Assembly: GCA_963796275.1 (NCBI GenBank)
Contig: CAWCKY010000003.1
Location: forward strand, 640,001 to 704,000
Direction: 5' to 3'
Origin: an uncultured Acidobacteriota bacterium
GTDB lineage: Bacteria > Acidobacteriota > Blastocatellia > RBC074
Length of the DNA stretch: 64,000 nucleotides
Shown: positions 1 to 9,551 of the stretch, piece after piece
How positions within the stretch are numbered: the first letter of the stretch is position 1
Layout of the letters: the number at the start of each line of letters is the position of its first letter
Program-made: the position numbers and the translations under genes
The notes under the pieces: model-generated
Databases searched by the model: none
What the model was told of the DNA's origin: nothing
Seen by the model: only the letters and a program-made list of their open reading frames with translations

Positions 1-1037
1 CTGATCATTGGCATTCGCTGATGACGATCCTGTCATGCGCGGCAGGCAAAGATGTTTATGTCGAAAAACCGCTCACGCTCTTCGCTCGCGAAGGCCGGTG
101 GCTCAGCGATGCGGCGGGGAAGTACAAACGCGTCGTCCAGATTGGCACGCAACAACGCTCTGGCGAACAGTACAAACAATGCCTCGATTTGATTCGCCGC
201 GGGCACATCGGCGAAGTTCGCAATATTCGTATTTCGAGTTTCCGCAACATCATGCCCGGGTTCAGCAATCCGGTGGGCGCTGAACCGTTATCCGAAGAGG
301 ACTGGAAGATGTGGCTGGGACCAGCGCCATACCGGCCTTTCGATAAAAATCGCTGCATCTATCACTTTCGTTGGTTCTGGGATTATTCCGGGGGACAAAC
401 CACCAATCTGCTCTCGCATAACATCGACATCGTCCAATGGATAATGAATGCCAGGCCGCAGGCGGTTGCGGCGATGGGCGGGCGATATTCGCTCAAAGGA
501 ATCGGCGAAACTCCCGATGTCTTTGAAGCGATCTTCGAATATCCCGGATTCATTGTGAACTGGTCGTCGAGCGAGATCAGCGCGGGACGGCGCGGCAGCC
601 TGGAATTCTGTGGCACCAAAGGCATGCTTCGTCTCGATCGCAGCGGCTTCGAGGTCGTCCCCGATATGCTGGTCGCCGCCGATGATCAGATTCCGAGTTT
701 CACCGAACGCCGCAGCAGGCCAACAACGCTGCAGCCGCGCACCGATGCGATGAAAAAGGAAGGGTATGAACAGGTGCGCGATCAGTTCCAACCGCACGTG
801 CGTAACTTTCTCGATTGCGTTAAATCGCGCCAGCAGCCGGTCTCCGATCCCGAGAGCGGCCATCAGACTTCAATCGCATGCCATCTCGCGAATATAGCTC
901 TGAAAGTCCGCCGGACGATACGCTGGGATGGGGCCAAAGAAGCGATCATAGATGACCGCGAAGCGTCAAAGCTGCTGGTGAAAGAATATAGCGCCCCATG
1001 GGATCGTGAACTCAAAGCTGTCATATCCAGGACATGA
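1..1037 (+). CDS. Gfo/Idh/MocA family oxidoreductase, 5' truncated by the window edge
   Basis: The frame is open to the left edge (DHWHSLM, part of the PDHWH motif). Also GKDVYVEKP, VQIGTQQRS, WLGPAP and FRWFWDYSGG motifs. Confidence 0.9.
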   Translation, partial: DHWHSLMTILSCAAGKDVYVEKPLTLFAREGRWLSDAAGKYKRVVQIGTQQRSGEQYKQCLDLIRRGHIGEVRNIRISSFRNIMPGFSNPVGAEPLSEEDWKMWLGPAPYRPFDKNRCIYHFRWFWDYSGGQTTNLLSHNIDIVQWIMNARPQAVAAMGGRYSLKGIGETPDVFEAIFEYPGFIVNWSSSEISAGRRGSLEFCGTKGMLRLDRSGFEVVPDMLVAADDQIPSFTERRSRPTTLQPRTDAMKKEGYEQVRDQFQPHVRNFLDCVKSRQQPVSDPESGHQTSIACHLANIALKVRRTIRWDGAKEAIIDDREASKLLVKEYSAPWDRELKAVISRT

Positions 1038-1080
1038 GAGGAGCGATTCACCTCAATCGATGCGGTGAATCTTCGTAAAT

Positions 1081-2145
1081 ATGAAGACTAGACGTGAATT
1101 TCTCGCATCCGTTTCGGCGATAGCCGCGGCAGAGTTGTTAAATTCGGGAAGCCAGCCCGCTCCCAAAACTTATGGCATCGCATATACATCGTTTCCGATT
1201 CGCATTCGCCAGGCGCGCGCGGGCGCTGGTAACCAGCCCCATCCGCTGCCAGCCGAGAAATTTATCGACCTCTGTCATTCGTTCGGCGGCAACGGTTGCC
1301 AGATGGATTTCTCGCAACTCACTTCGACGGAACCTGATTATCTCAAACGCATCAGGTCACAGCTCGAGGCCAAAGAGATGTTCCTGGAATTGGCCGTCAG
1401 CGCAAGAGCACTGGAGAGCGGGGAAATGTTCGGGCGGATTGCCTCGGCGGCACAGCAATTGGGCGTCTCGCGTCTGCGGATGGCGTGCCTGAGCGGGCGG
1501 CGATACGAAAATTTCAATGATATGGCGAAGTGGCAGGAGTTCGCCGATAAATGGAAGAATACGTTCAAACAGGCCGAACCCCTGCTCAGACAGCATAAAC
1601 TTCTGGTCGGAGTCGAGAATCACAAAGACTGGCTGGCGGACGAATTCGTTGAGATTCTCAAGAGCGTGAGCAGTCCATATCTCGGCACGTGCGTGGATTT
1701 CGGCAACAATCTCGCCTTCCTCGAAGACTCTATCGAGGTTGCCCGGAAACTCGCACCGTACGTCGTGACGACGCATCTGAAAGATATGGCGGTCAAACCT
1801 TACGCCGACGGCTTTGAGTTGTCGGAAGTTGCATTGGGTGATGGAATCACTCCAATGGCGGAGATCGTCAATATATTGCGAAAACAACGTCCGGATGTAA
1901 ATTTCTGTCTGGAAATGATCACACGAGACCCGTTGAAGGTGCCGTATAAGACGGATCATTACTGGATTACGCACCAGCGGCGCGATGAGGAACGGATCAA
2001 GAAGTTTGAGACAACCATCCTAAAACGGGCTGCCAAAGAGCCGCTGCCACGCACGAGTGGGATGAGCGCAGACCAGGCGTTGGAATTCGAAAATGAGAAT
2101 ATTCGGCGCAGTGGAGTTTACGCAAAAAAGGTTCTCAAGATTTAG
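1081..2145 (+). CDS. Sugar phosphate isomerase/epimerase (xylose isomerase-like TIM barrel) with Tat-like signal
   Basis: N-terminal TRREFL twin-arginine motif; metal-ligand motifs VENHKD, VDFGN, THLKD and LEM. Confidence 0.85.
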   Translation: MKTRREFLASVSAIAAAELLNSGSQPAPKTYGIAYTSFPIRIRQARAGAGNQPHPLPAEKFIDLCHSFGGNGCQMDFSQLTSTEPDYLKRIRSQLEAKEMFLELAVSARALESGEMFGRIASAAQQLGVSRLRMACLSGRRYENFNDMAKWQEFADKWKNTFKQAEPLLRQHKLLVGVENHKDWLADEFVEILKSVSSPYLGTCVDFGNNLAFLEDSIEVARKLAPYVVTTHLKDMAVKPYADGFELSEVALGDGITPMAEIVNILRKQRPDVNFCLEMITRDPLKVPYKTDHYWITHQRRDEERIKKFETTILKRAAKEPLPRTSGMSADQALEFENENIRRSGVYAKKVLKI

Positions 2146-2354
2146 TTGTCAGTTGCCAGTTGCCAGTTGCCGGTTGCCGGTTGCCGGTTGTCGGTTGCCA
2201 GTTGCCGGTTGTCGGTTGCCGGTTGTCGGTTGCCGGTTGTCGGTTGCCGGTTGTCGGTTGCCGGTTGCCGGTTGCCGGTTGCCGGTTGCCGGTTGCCGGT
2301 TGCCGGTTGTCAGTTGTCGGTTGCCGGTTGTCGGTTGTCGGTTGTCGGTTGTCG
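2145..2354. repeat. Tandem heptamer repeat GTTGYCR, 30 copies, with a short inverted counterpart at 2421-2451
   Basis: 210 bp of GTTGTCA/GTTGCCA/GTTGCCG/GTTGTCG units starting at the upstream stop codon; CCGACAA-like units lie downstream. Confidence 0.97.
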
Positions 2355-2467
2355 GTACGCAGTTGAAATTTCACGGACTTACTAAGATATCCAGAGTAAA
2401 CTGCGATTTGTGAAAAGCGAACCGACATCCGACAACCGATTACCGACAACCTTCTTAGGAGATTGGG

Positions 2468-3244
2468 ATGCAAAAAAACGTAATGGAACTCTTTCGGTTG
2501 AACGGCCGCCGCGCGCTCATTACCGGCGGCGCGAAGGGGCTCGGCCGTGTAATCGCCCAGGCTTTTGCCGAGGCAGGCGCGGATGTAGCTGTCGCCAGCC
2601 GGACGTTGGCCGATTGTCAAAAAGCTGCGGATGAAATCGCCCGCTCGACGGGGCGTCAAACGGCCGCTTTTGCGGTGAACGTAGCCGTACGCGATGACGT
2701 GCGTAAGTTGAGGGAGGATGTCGAAGCTTCGCTTGGGACAATCGATATTTTGGTGAACAACGCCGGTATCAACATCCGCGGTCCGATTGAAGAGTTATCC
2801 GAGACGGATTTCAATGATGTGTTATCCACCAACCTGACCGCGCCGTTCTTATGTTCTCAGATCTTCGGCCCGCCGATGTGCGAGCGAGGCTGGGGTCGCG
2901 TGATCAATCTCGGCTCGATAATGTCAGTCATCGCCCTCTCTGCGCGGTCGCCTTATGCTTCGTCGAAAGCAGGGGTTCTAGGATTAACGCGCGCGCTCGG
3001 GCTTGAATGGGCTACCAGAGGCGTAACTGTGAACGCGATCTGCCCGGGGCCTTTCGCAACTGATATGAACAAACAATTGCTCAATGACCCGGCGAAATAT
3101 CAAGATTTCGTTTCCCGAATACCTATGGGCCGCTGGGGCGAACTGCACGAGATCAGCGGCGCCGCCGTTTTCCTGGCATCAGACGCTGCATCGTTTATTA
3201 CAGGAAGCGCCTTGTTCGTTGACGGCGGGTGGACGGCTCAATGA
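2468..3244 (+). CDS. SDR family NAD(P)-dependent oxidoreductase (FabG/gluconate 5-dehydrogenase-like)
   Basis: [24 protein letters not shown] and VDGG motifs. Confidence 0.93.
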   Translation: MQKNVMELFRLNGRRALITGGAKGLGRVIAQAFAEAGADVAVASRTLADCQKAADEIARSTGRQTAAFAVNVAVRDDVRKLREDVEASLGTIDILVNNAGINIRGPIEELSETDFNDVLSTNLTAPFLCSQIFGPPMCERGWGRVINLGSIMSVIALSARSPYASSKAGVLGLTRALGLEWATRGVTVNAICPGPFATDMNKQLLNDPAKYQDFVSRIPMGRWGELHEISGAAVFLASDAASFITGSALFVDGGWTAQ

Positions 3245-3822
3245 TCTTCAACACGAAGGGGTTAGAGGAATTATCTGCAGGTTTGAGGGGGGGGCACTTT
3301 GGCGAGCGGGCGCGCATGCTACCGCTTTCGTAGTCATATTCCTGTTCCGGGATTTTCGCTTTGTACTCACCCGATGGCTTTCCGCAGCTCCCGTGGTAAA
3401 CTTGTAAGCGACTGTGCCTTCGTAATGAAACTACTCAGCAAGCCACAGAAAAACAGCCACGCTCTCCCCATACTGAACTAAAGATTCAATCAATATTATT
3501 AGTATTTCCGGCCTTCGAGAATTAAAAGTGCAGTGATGACAATATTTCATCCGAGCGACTCCTTTGACTGCAACAAAATTGTGTTCTACCCACGTTCAAG
3601 CAACAAAACTGTTGTATGCATTTCCAGCGATTTTTCATCTTGATAAAATAGCTTGCTATAAATTAAATTAAGCATCCGTTTGGCCCACATCCAGAGTGAT
3701 CGAGGTTTTTGATGCTAATTGATGTTTTTTGATAAATAATAGCGATTCTCGATTACTTACTTCATACCAATCAAAATGATGCTGCGAAGGTGAAGGAGTG
3801 AGGAACTGCAGCGGAAGGTGTA

Positions 3823-4413
3823 ATGCAGAAGAAGGATTGGGAGTTAAATCAAAGTGCTTTCCATCGGTTGCTCAACTGGTTCGATGAAGGCACTGACTCC
3901 GGCGGTCAAAAGTATTTAGAGATGCGGTATCGACTCACCAAATACTTCGACCGGAAGAACTGCTTGTCGCCTGACGAACTGGCGGATGAAACATTGAACC
4001 GGGTGGCGCGGAGGCTGGTGGAGGAAGGTTCGATCACTGACACGACGCCTGCCAAATATTGTTATACCCTCGCAAAATATGTTTTTCTGGAGCACCTGCG
4101 CGAGCAGGGGCGGGAGAATCTGCGTTTGGGGGGACTGACTGTCTCCAGCAAGTCGATCGATCGCTCGGCGGTTTTAGCGGAGCAAAGAGAAAAGGAGAAG
4201 CGGCTGGATTGTTTGGAGCGCTGCACTCAGAATTTGGATCCGGACATTCGGGAAATGATTTTCCAGTATTACTCCGGTGAACAGCGGGTCAAAATCGAAA
4301 ACCGGCGGTCATTGGCTTCCAGGCTAGGTATCTCGATAAACGCTCTCAGTATACGCGCCTGTCGCGTACGCGAGAAGCTCGAGTCCTGCGTCAAGGATTG
4401 CATAAACCGGTGA
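3823..4413 (+). CDS. ECF-type sigma-70 family RNA polymerase sigma factor
   Basis: 196 aa. Region-2-like PDELADETLNRV; region-4 HTH LASRLGISINALSIRACRVREKL; followed by a membrane anti-sigma-like gene. Confidence 0.8.
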   Translation: MQKKDWELNQSAFHRLLNWFDEGTDSGGQKYLEMRYRLTKYFDRKNCLSPDELADETLNRVARRLVEEGSITDTTPAKYCYTLAKYVFLEHLREQGRENLRLGGLTVSSKSIDRSAVLAEQREKEKRLDCLERCTQNLDPDIREMIFQYYSGEQRVKIENRRSLASRLGISINALSIRACRVREKLESCVKDCINR

Positions 4414-4476
4414 AATATTTCGCCGAAATCGTCTTGTCAAAGTAGACGAGGATACCCGGAATTCAGGAGGTCTCTA

Positions 4477-5484
4477 TTGGAAAAGCAGACCTACGATGAT
4501 CGATTAATCACTCAATATCTACTTGGCCGCCTGTCGGAAGAAGAGATGGAGAGTCTCGATGCGTTGAGTTTCAATGAGACTGATTTTGCGTACCGTTTAC
4601 AGACTATCGAGGACGACCTGGTCGATGCTTATGTGAAAGGTGAGCTTACCGGTAAGAATTTGGATAGCTTCAATTCGCACTATCTTTCGACGCCGATGAG
4701 AATCGATAAGGTGAAATTCGCTACGGCATTTCAACTTACCATAAACCGATCGGACACAGGCGAGGCGAAACAAGGCGTTCGGGGGCAGGCTACAGTGCGT
4801 TCGAAAATTGGTAATCGGACGTCGTCATTACGATCCATTCAAGCTTTGTACGCGTTTTTGAATCCCCCGGTTTTATGGGGAGGTGGTCTAGCGGCAATGC
4901 TTGTGCTGATTTTGGGCACATGGGTGGTCGTTGATAATTTTCGTTTGCGAAACCGATTGGAGTATCTTCAAGCAGAAATCCCGGCGCTCAACACGAATGA
5001 GCAGGAGTTGCGGGCCCGACTCGAACACCAAACCTCAGCCAATACAGATATTTCAGAAGAGCTTGACCGTACGAGGAGCCAGATCAAAAGACTCGAACAA
5101 CAGCGGGTCAGCTTACCGAAACCTGTGTTATCGCGAGACCCGGCGATCGCTCATTTCGATCTTTACCCTCAGATGCGAGGCATCAACCGCGCCACCACCA
5201 TTTCAATACCGCCTGGGACTGACTTCGTTTCATTTCAGCTTGAACTTGAACCAGGAGAGGTCCATAGTTACCGCGCCGAATTGAAGACGCAATCCGGGAA
5301 TCAAGTAATCTGGAGATCCGGAAAACTCAATTCGAGATCGAGAGGTAATAGCCGTGTGACCAATCTCAGCATACCCGCCAGAATGTTGATGACGCGGTGG
5401 TATATCCTGGAACTATCGAGCATTTCCAGCCGCGCCGCAACTGAAGTTGAGGCCGGGTATCCATTCAAGGTTGAGAAGAAATAG
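4477..5484 (+). CDS. Putative single-pass membrane anti-sigma factor
   Basis: N-terminal ITQYLLGRLSEEE...EDDLVDAYVKGEL helical domain, one TM helix (GLAAMLVLILGTWVVV), a coiled coil and a beta-rich C-terminal domain. TTG start with AGGAGG RBS, directly after the sigma gene. Confidence 0.7.
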   Translation: MEKQTYDDRLITQYLLGRLSEEEMESLDALSFNETDFAYRLQTIEDDLVDAYVKGELTGKNLDSFNSHYLSTPMRIDKVKFATAFQLTINRSDTGEAKQGVRGQATVRSKIGNRTSSLRSIQALYAFLNPPVLWGGGLAAMLVLILGTWVVVDNFRLRNRLEYLQAEIPALNTNEQELRARLEHQTSANTDISEELDRTRSQIKRLEQQRVSLPKPVLSRDPAIAHFDLYPQMRGINRATTISIPPGTDFVSFQLELEPGEVHSYRAELKTQSGNQVIWRSGKLNSRSRGNSRVTNLSIPARMLMTRWYILELSSISSRAATEVEAGYPFKVEKK

Positions 5485-5669
5485 AAGTAGAATTCGAATT
5501 GAACATTCTCGACCGTGTTTCCGAGCGCAAGGTTTGCTGGATGCCTCTCTTATCTATTACCTGTCACATGAATAATTAATTTCTCAACTCCTCATTCTAT
5601 TTGTTTGGAAATATGGAGGCGGTAGAGAATCGGTAACAATTTTCATACCGTGAATCTAATGTTCATGCG

Positions 5670-8600
5670 ATGAGAGGTGCTTTGATGACTTCCCCCCAAA
5701 AAGCATGTTCGAACTACTGCAACTTCGTCAAACTGATCCTTTGTCTGACCATATGGCTGCTGATTTCAACGGCGATCAGTCCGAACACACGAGCGGTCAA
5801 TAATCCTACAAACAACACCGGAGGAAGCCGGCCCGTGCACAGAAAGTCGATCGTGGACCCGAACGGCCCGCGCGAATCGATGATGCTCGAACGCGGCAAA
5901 CCCGTTGAGCGAGAAATAAGCGATGGGCAAATGCACAGCTACGAGATTGCGCTCAGCGGGGATATGTTCATGAGCGTAACACTAAAGCATCGAGGGCGAG
6001 AGCTGCAGGTAAAGCTGCTTGGGCCGACAGGAAAGCAGATCACCGAGGTCGATCCGGAATATGATATTCAGGGCAGGAAGATCATCTCGTATGTAGCACG
6101 AGTTGATGGGAGCCATCAGTTGAATGTGGGACCTGCTCGAAAGGGCGCGCCTGCAGAGCATTATGTGATAGAGCTGGTTGAGTTACGCTCGGCGGATGAG
6201 AAGGACCGTGCATTGCAGGAAGCGCGGAATCTGAGCGCAGAATTTATGCTCCTATACCGCGCGGGCAAATACGATGAGGCGCTTTCATACTCCGAACGCA
6301 TTTTGGAAATGCGTCGGAAGATATTGGGAGAAGAGAGCTATATCATAGCCGTCTCTATCAATCGACTCGCGATTATTCACAGTATTAAGGCCGATTACGC
6401 CAAGGTTGAACCTCTTTACCGGCGCGCTCTGGCGATATTCGAGAAGGTGTTGGAGCCCGAGCACCCCAATTTTGGCGACATCTACAATAATCTGGCTGCT
6501 TTGTACTATACGACGGGTGATTATGAGAGGGCGGAGGTTTTCTATCGGCGCGGTTTGGCGATCAGGGAGAAGGCGTTTGGGCCCGAACACACAGCCGTCG
6601 CTTCGTCGCTCAATAATTTGGCCGGCACATTTTTAGATCGGGGGATGAATGAGCAGGCGGAACCGCTCTATCGCCGAGCAATCGAAATCCGGGAGAGAAT
6701 CGCCGGGCCGGAGGACGTATCGCTTGTGAATCCTCTCAGCAATCTGGCCGACAGTTACACCCTTAGAGGTGTTTACGAAAAGGCGGAGCCGATCTACCAT
6801 CGAGCCCTGCAGATTCTGGAGAAAAAGGTGGGGCCGTATAACCCCCAATATGGTTATCCTCTTGAAGGATTAGCTCGGCTGTACAATTTCAGAGGTAAAT
6901 TCGAAGAGGCAACGGCGTTGTACCTGCGTGCGCTGGAGATCCGGGAGAGAGCGGTTGGGTTACATCACCCCGAAGTTGCTGCATCACTGACAAAAATCGC
7001 GGCTTTATTCGCAGCTCAGGGGGAAATGGGCCGGGCCGTGATGTATCAGGCGCGCGCTAATGAGATCAGCGACCGAAAACTCGCACTCGACCTCGTCATC
7101 GGTTCCGAACGCCAGAAGCTGGCCTACCTTGCGCTCCAATCGAACCAGACCGACCAGACTGTTTCACTGCACTTTCGATATGCTCCACAAGATCCGACTG
7201 CGAGGAATCTGGCGGCCAACGCCGTTCTGCAGCGCAAGGGGCGCGCGCTCGACGCGATGTCCGACAATTTCGCCACGCTGCGCCGGCGCGCCGCTCCTGA
7301 GGATCGGATATTGCTCGACCAGTTGAAAGAAACGATCACGCAACTGGCCAGACTTGTGCTAAATACCCCGCAGAATGTGGAGCTCAAAGATCATCAGAAC
7401 CGTATCGATGCGCTGGAGGAGCGAAAAGAGAAGCTCGAAGCCGATATCAGCAGGAACAGCGGCGAGTTTCTGGCTCAGTCACGCCCGATAACAATCGCTG
7501 CCGTTCAATCGGCTATCCCATCCGATGCGGCGCTCATCGAGTTTGCTTCCTACCGCCCTTTCAATGCCAGGGTTAATGAAAATGCATATGGGACATCCCG
7601 CTATGTCGCCTATATTTTCCAGCGTGAGGGAGACGTTCAAGGGATCGATCTGGGTGAGACCGGAGTGATAGACAGGTCTATCGCTGCGCTCCGCGAAGCG
7701 CTGCGAGACCCGAACCGTAGTGACGTCAAGAATTTGGCTCGCGCGGTCGATGAGACGGTGATGCAGCGTATTCGCCCGCTGCTGGGTGATTGCACACAGT
7801 TGCTGATCTCGCCGGATGGGACGCTAAATCTCGTCCCATTTGCCGTGCTGGCGGATGAACGTGGTCGTTACCTGGTCGAGCGTTACTCTTTCACGTATCT
7901 GACGAGCGGCCGGGATTTGCTCCGTCTGGGGGTAGCCCGGGAAAGCCGGAGTGCGCCACAGGTCATAGCCGATCCGGCCTTCGGCGAACCTCCTCTCAAG
8001 TACCTGGCGGGCGCTGCGATCCCGAAGAGAAGGTCGATTAAAAGTAGGAAGCTTCAAAGTATTACGACCGGAACTGACCTGTCGAACGTATATTTTGCTC
8101 CGCTTCGCGGGACGGCGATGGAAGCGCAGATGATCAAGAGGATATTTTCTGATGCGACAATCCTGACGGGAGAGCAGGCGACGGAAGCCGCGTTGAAGCG
8201 TGTCGCGGCACCTCGGATACTGCACATTGCGACGCATGGGTTCTTTCTTGAGAACCGGCCATTGACGGTAGCGGGCGCCGACATCTCCAAGGCACCTGCG
8301 GATATTCGAGGATTGAACGCAAGTGTGAAGATCGATAACCCGCTGTTGCGATCAGGACTCGCATTGGCGGGCGCAAACGCGCATATGGGTAAGGAAGATG
8401 ACGGCATATTGACCGCTCTGGAAGCTTCGGGAATTGATCTCTGGGGGACCAGGCTGGTCGTTTTGTCGGCCTGTGACACTGGATTGGGCGAGGTGAGGAG
8501 CGGAGACGGGGTGTACGGACTTCGACGCGCACTGGTGCTGGCGGGATCGGAGACTCAGGTCATGAGTCTCTGGCCGGTGAGCGATTACGCAACGCGGGAG

Positions 8601-8765
8601 CTGATGAAGTCATATTACGACGGATTGAAGCGCGGACTTGGTTGCGGAATAGCGCTGCGGCAGATGCAGTTGAAGATGCTGCAGACTCCGGGACGGCAAC
8701 ATCCGTTTTACTGGGCGAGTTTTATCCAGTCGGGCGAATGGGCCAATCTGGATGGAAAGCGGTAA
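5670..8765 (+). CDS. Secreted TPR-CHAT caspase-like protease with N-terminal PPC-like domain
   Basis: Hydrophobic signal; kinesin-light-chain-type TPRs (HTAVASSLNNLA...AEPLYRRA); catalytic His (LHIATHG) and Cys (VVLSACDTG); ends HPFYWASF. The start may be 5685. Confidence 0.92.
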   Translation: MRGALMTSPQKACSNYCNFVKLILCLTIWLLISTAISPNTRAVNNPTNNTGGSRPVHRKSIVDPNGPRESMMLERGKPVEREISDGQMHSYEIALSGDMFMSVTLKHRGRELQVKLLGPTGKQITEVDPEYDIQGRKIISYVARVDGSHQLNVGPARKGAPAEHYVIELVELRSADEKDRALQEARNLSAEFMLLYRAGKYDEALSYSERILEMRRKILGEESYIIAVSINRLAIIHSIKADYAKVEPLYRRALAIFEKVLEPEHPNFGDIYNNLAALYYTTGDYERAEVFYRRGLAIREKAFGPEHTAVASSLNNLAGTFLDRGMNEQAEPLYRRAIEIRERIAGPEDVSLVNPLSNLADSYTLRGVYEKAEPIYHRALQILEKKVGPYNPQYGYPLEGLARLYNFRGKFEEATALYLRALEIRERAVGLHHPEVAASLTKIAALFAAQGEMGRAVMYQARANEISDRKLALDLVIGSERQKLAYLALQSNQTDQTVSLHFRYAPQDPTARNLAANAVLQRKGRALDAMSDNFATLRRRAAPEDRILLDQLKETITQLARLVLNTPQNVELKDHQNRIDALEERKEKLEADISRNSGEFLAQSRPITIAAVQSAIPSDAALIEFASYRPFNARVNENAYGTSRYVAYIFQREGDVQGIDLGETGVIDRSIAALREALRDPNRSDVKNLARAVDETVMQRIRPLLGDCTQLLISPDGTLNLVPFAVLADERGRYLVERYSFTYLTSGRDLLRLGVARESRSAPQVIADPAFGEPPLKYLAGAAIPKRRSIKSRKLQSITTGTDLSNVYFAPLRGTAMEAQMIKRIFSDATILTGEQATEAALKRVAAPRILHIATHGFFLENRPLTVAGADISKAPADIRGLNASVKIDNPLLRSGLALAGANAHMGKEDDGILTALEASGIDLWGTRLVVLSACDTGLGEVRSGDGVYGLRRALVLAGSETQVMSLWPVSDYATRELMKSYYDGLKRGLGCGIALRQMQLKMLQTPGRQHPFYWASFIQSGEWANLDGKR

Positions 8766-8802
8766 ACAATGGCAAAGATTGGTATGAGTGCATGTCGAAT
8801 TA

Positions 8803-9010
8803 ACGATCCACCGACTGCCGTCGGGGGGATTTAGGAAGATACCTCTATTTCAAAGACCATTGGAGTGTCTTGCAACATCGTTAAGAGTTCTCAGAAGGGC
8901 GTAATAGCGAGAGATTTTTTGCACTCCTACCGGGCTTGATTATTCGCTTACCACTAACCAGGGGCTGCGCATCACACGCTTCAACCCTGGCTGCTATATT
9001 GGCACTCCGT
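8803..9010. repeat. REP-like palindromic elements downstream of the CHAT gene
   Basis: Hairpins ATCCACCGAC-TGCC-GTCGGGGGGAT and CCAGGGG...CCCTGGCT; the latter resembles the element at 16052-16317. Confidence 0.5.
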
Positions 9011-9446
9011 TCCCCGTCGGCGCTTAGCGACCAGATTTTACGAAAGTTAACAGTTTATCGTGGTTCGAATGAGAAATAGCGAGCAATGCTCGCGGTTTAC
9101 TCAGGAGTCACCCTCGATAACGCTCGAGGTACTGAATCACCAGCCGCATCGCAATCACATTTCACCAATGTACCCTGCAGTCCTCAAACCTAACAAATCG
9201 AACCGGTTGCTGAAATATCCTCAGAGGTTCAGATGCGGATGTCTTTGTGAAATTTTCCCATCTGAAATGTTTTTCTAGAATTGTCTTATCTGTATGGGTA
9301 AGGATATGACCCGGAAATTTATCTTGATAGAAGTCGCCCGGAGTTGACATCATCGAAATAACTTTCCAGGTCATGGTGATTCTCTACCGCGGTCACTGCT
9401 TATCCGAGAGTACAAACAACGGTTTATATAAGAATAACTCCCCCGG

Positions 9447-9492
9447 ACCTGGAAGGGCTGTAGCGCGAGGTCAATCTACCGCCCTTCCAGGT
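9447..9492 (-). terminator. Stem-loop 3' of GH48 (terminator or REP-like)
   Basis: 12-bp perfect stem ACCTGGAAGGGC/GCCCTTCCAGGT about 60 bp after the stop codon. Confidence 0.5.
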
Positions 9493-9551
9493 GTCTAATG
9501 TTTCAGTAAGATAATTGTGAAGTTAAGCGTCTTCAGCCAAAACTATATTAA

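Noticed and set aside
2145-2354. Possible CRISPR array
   Set aside because: Contiguous 7-bp units without unique spacers, and no cas genes in the window.
2093-2659. ORFs with CRLPVAG or TTDNRQP repeats
   Set aside because: They are translations of the 7-bp tandem repeat, which is open in several frames; no evidence of a real protein.
5670-8765. TPR-CHAT plus sigma as a type III-E CRISPR (Craspase) locus
   Set aside because: No Cas7-11 gene or array; the CHAT proteins have export signals.
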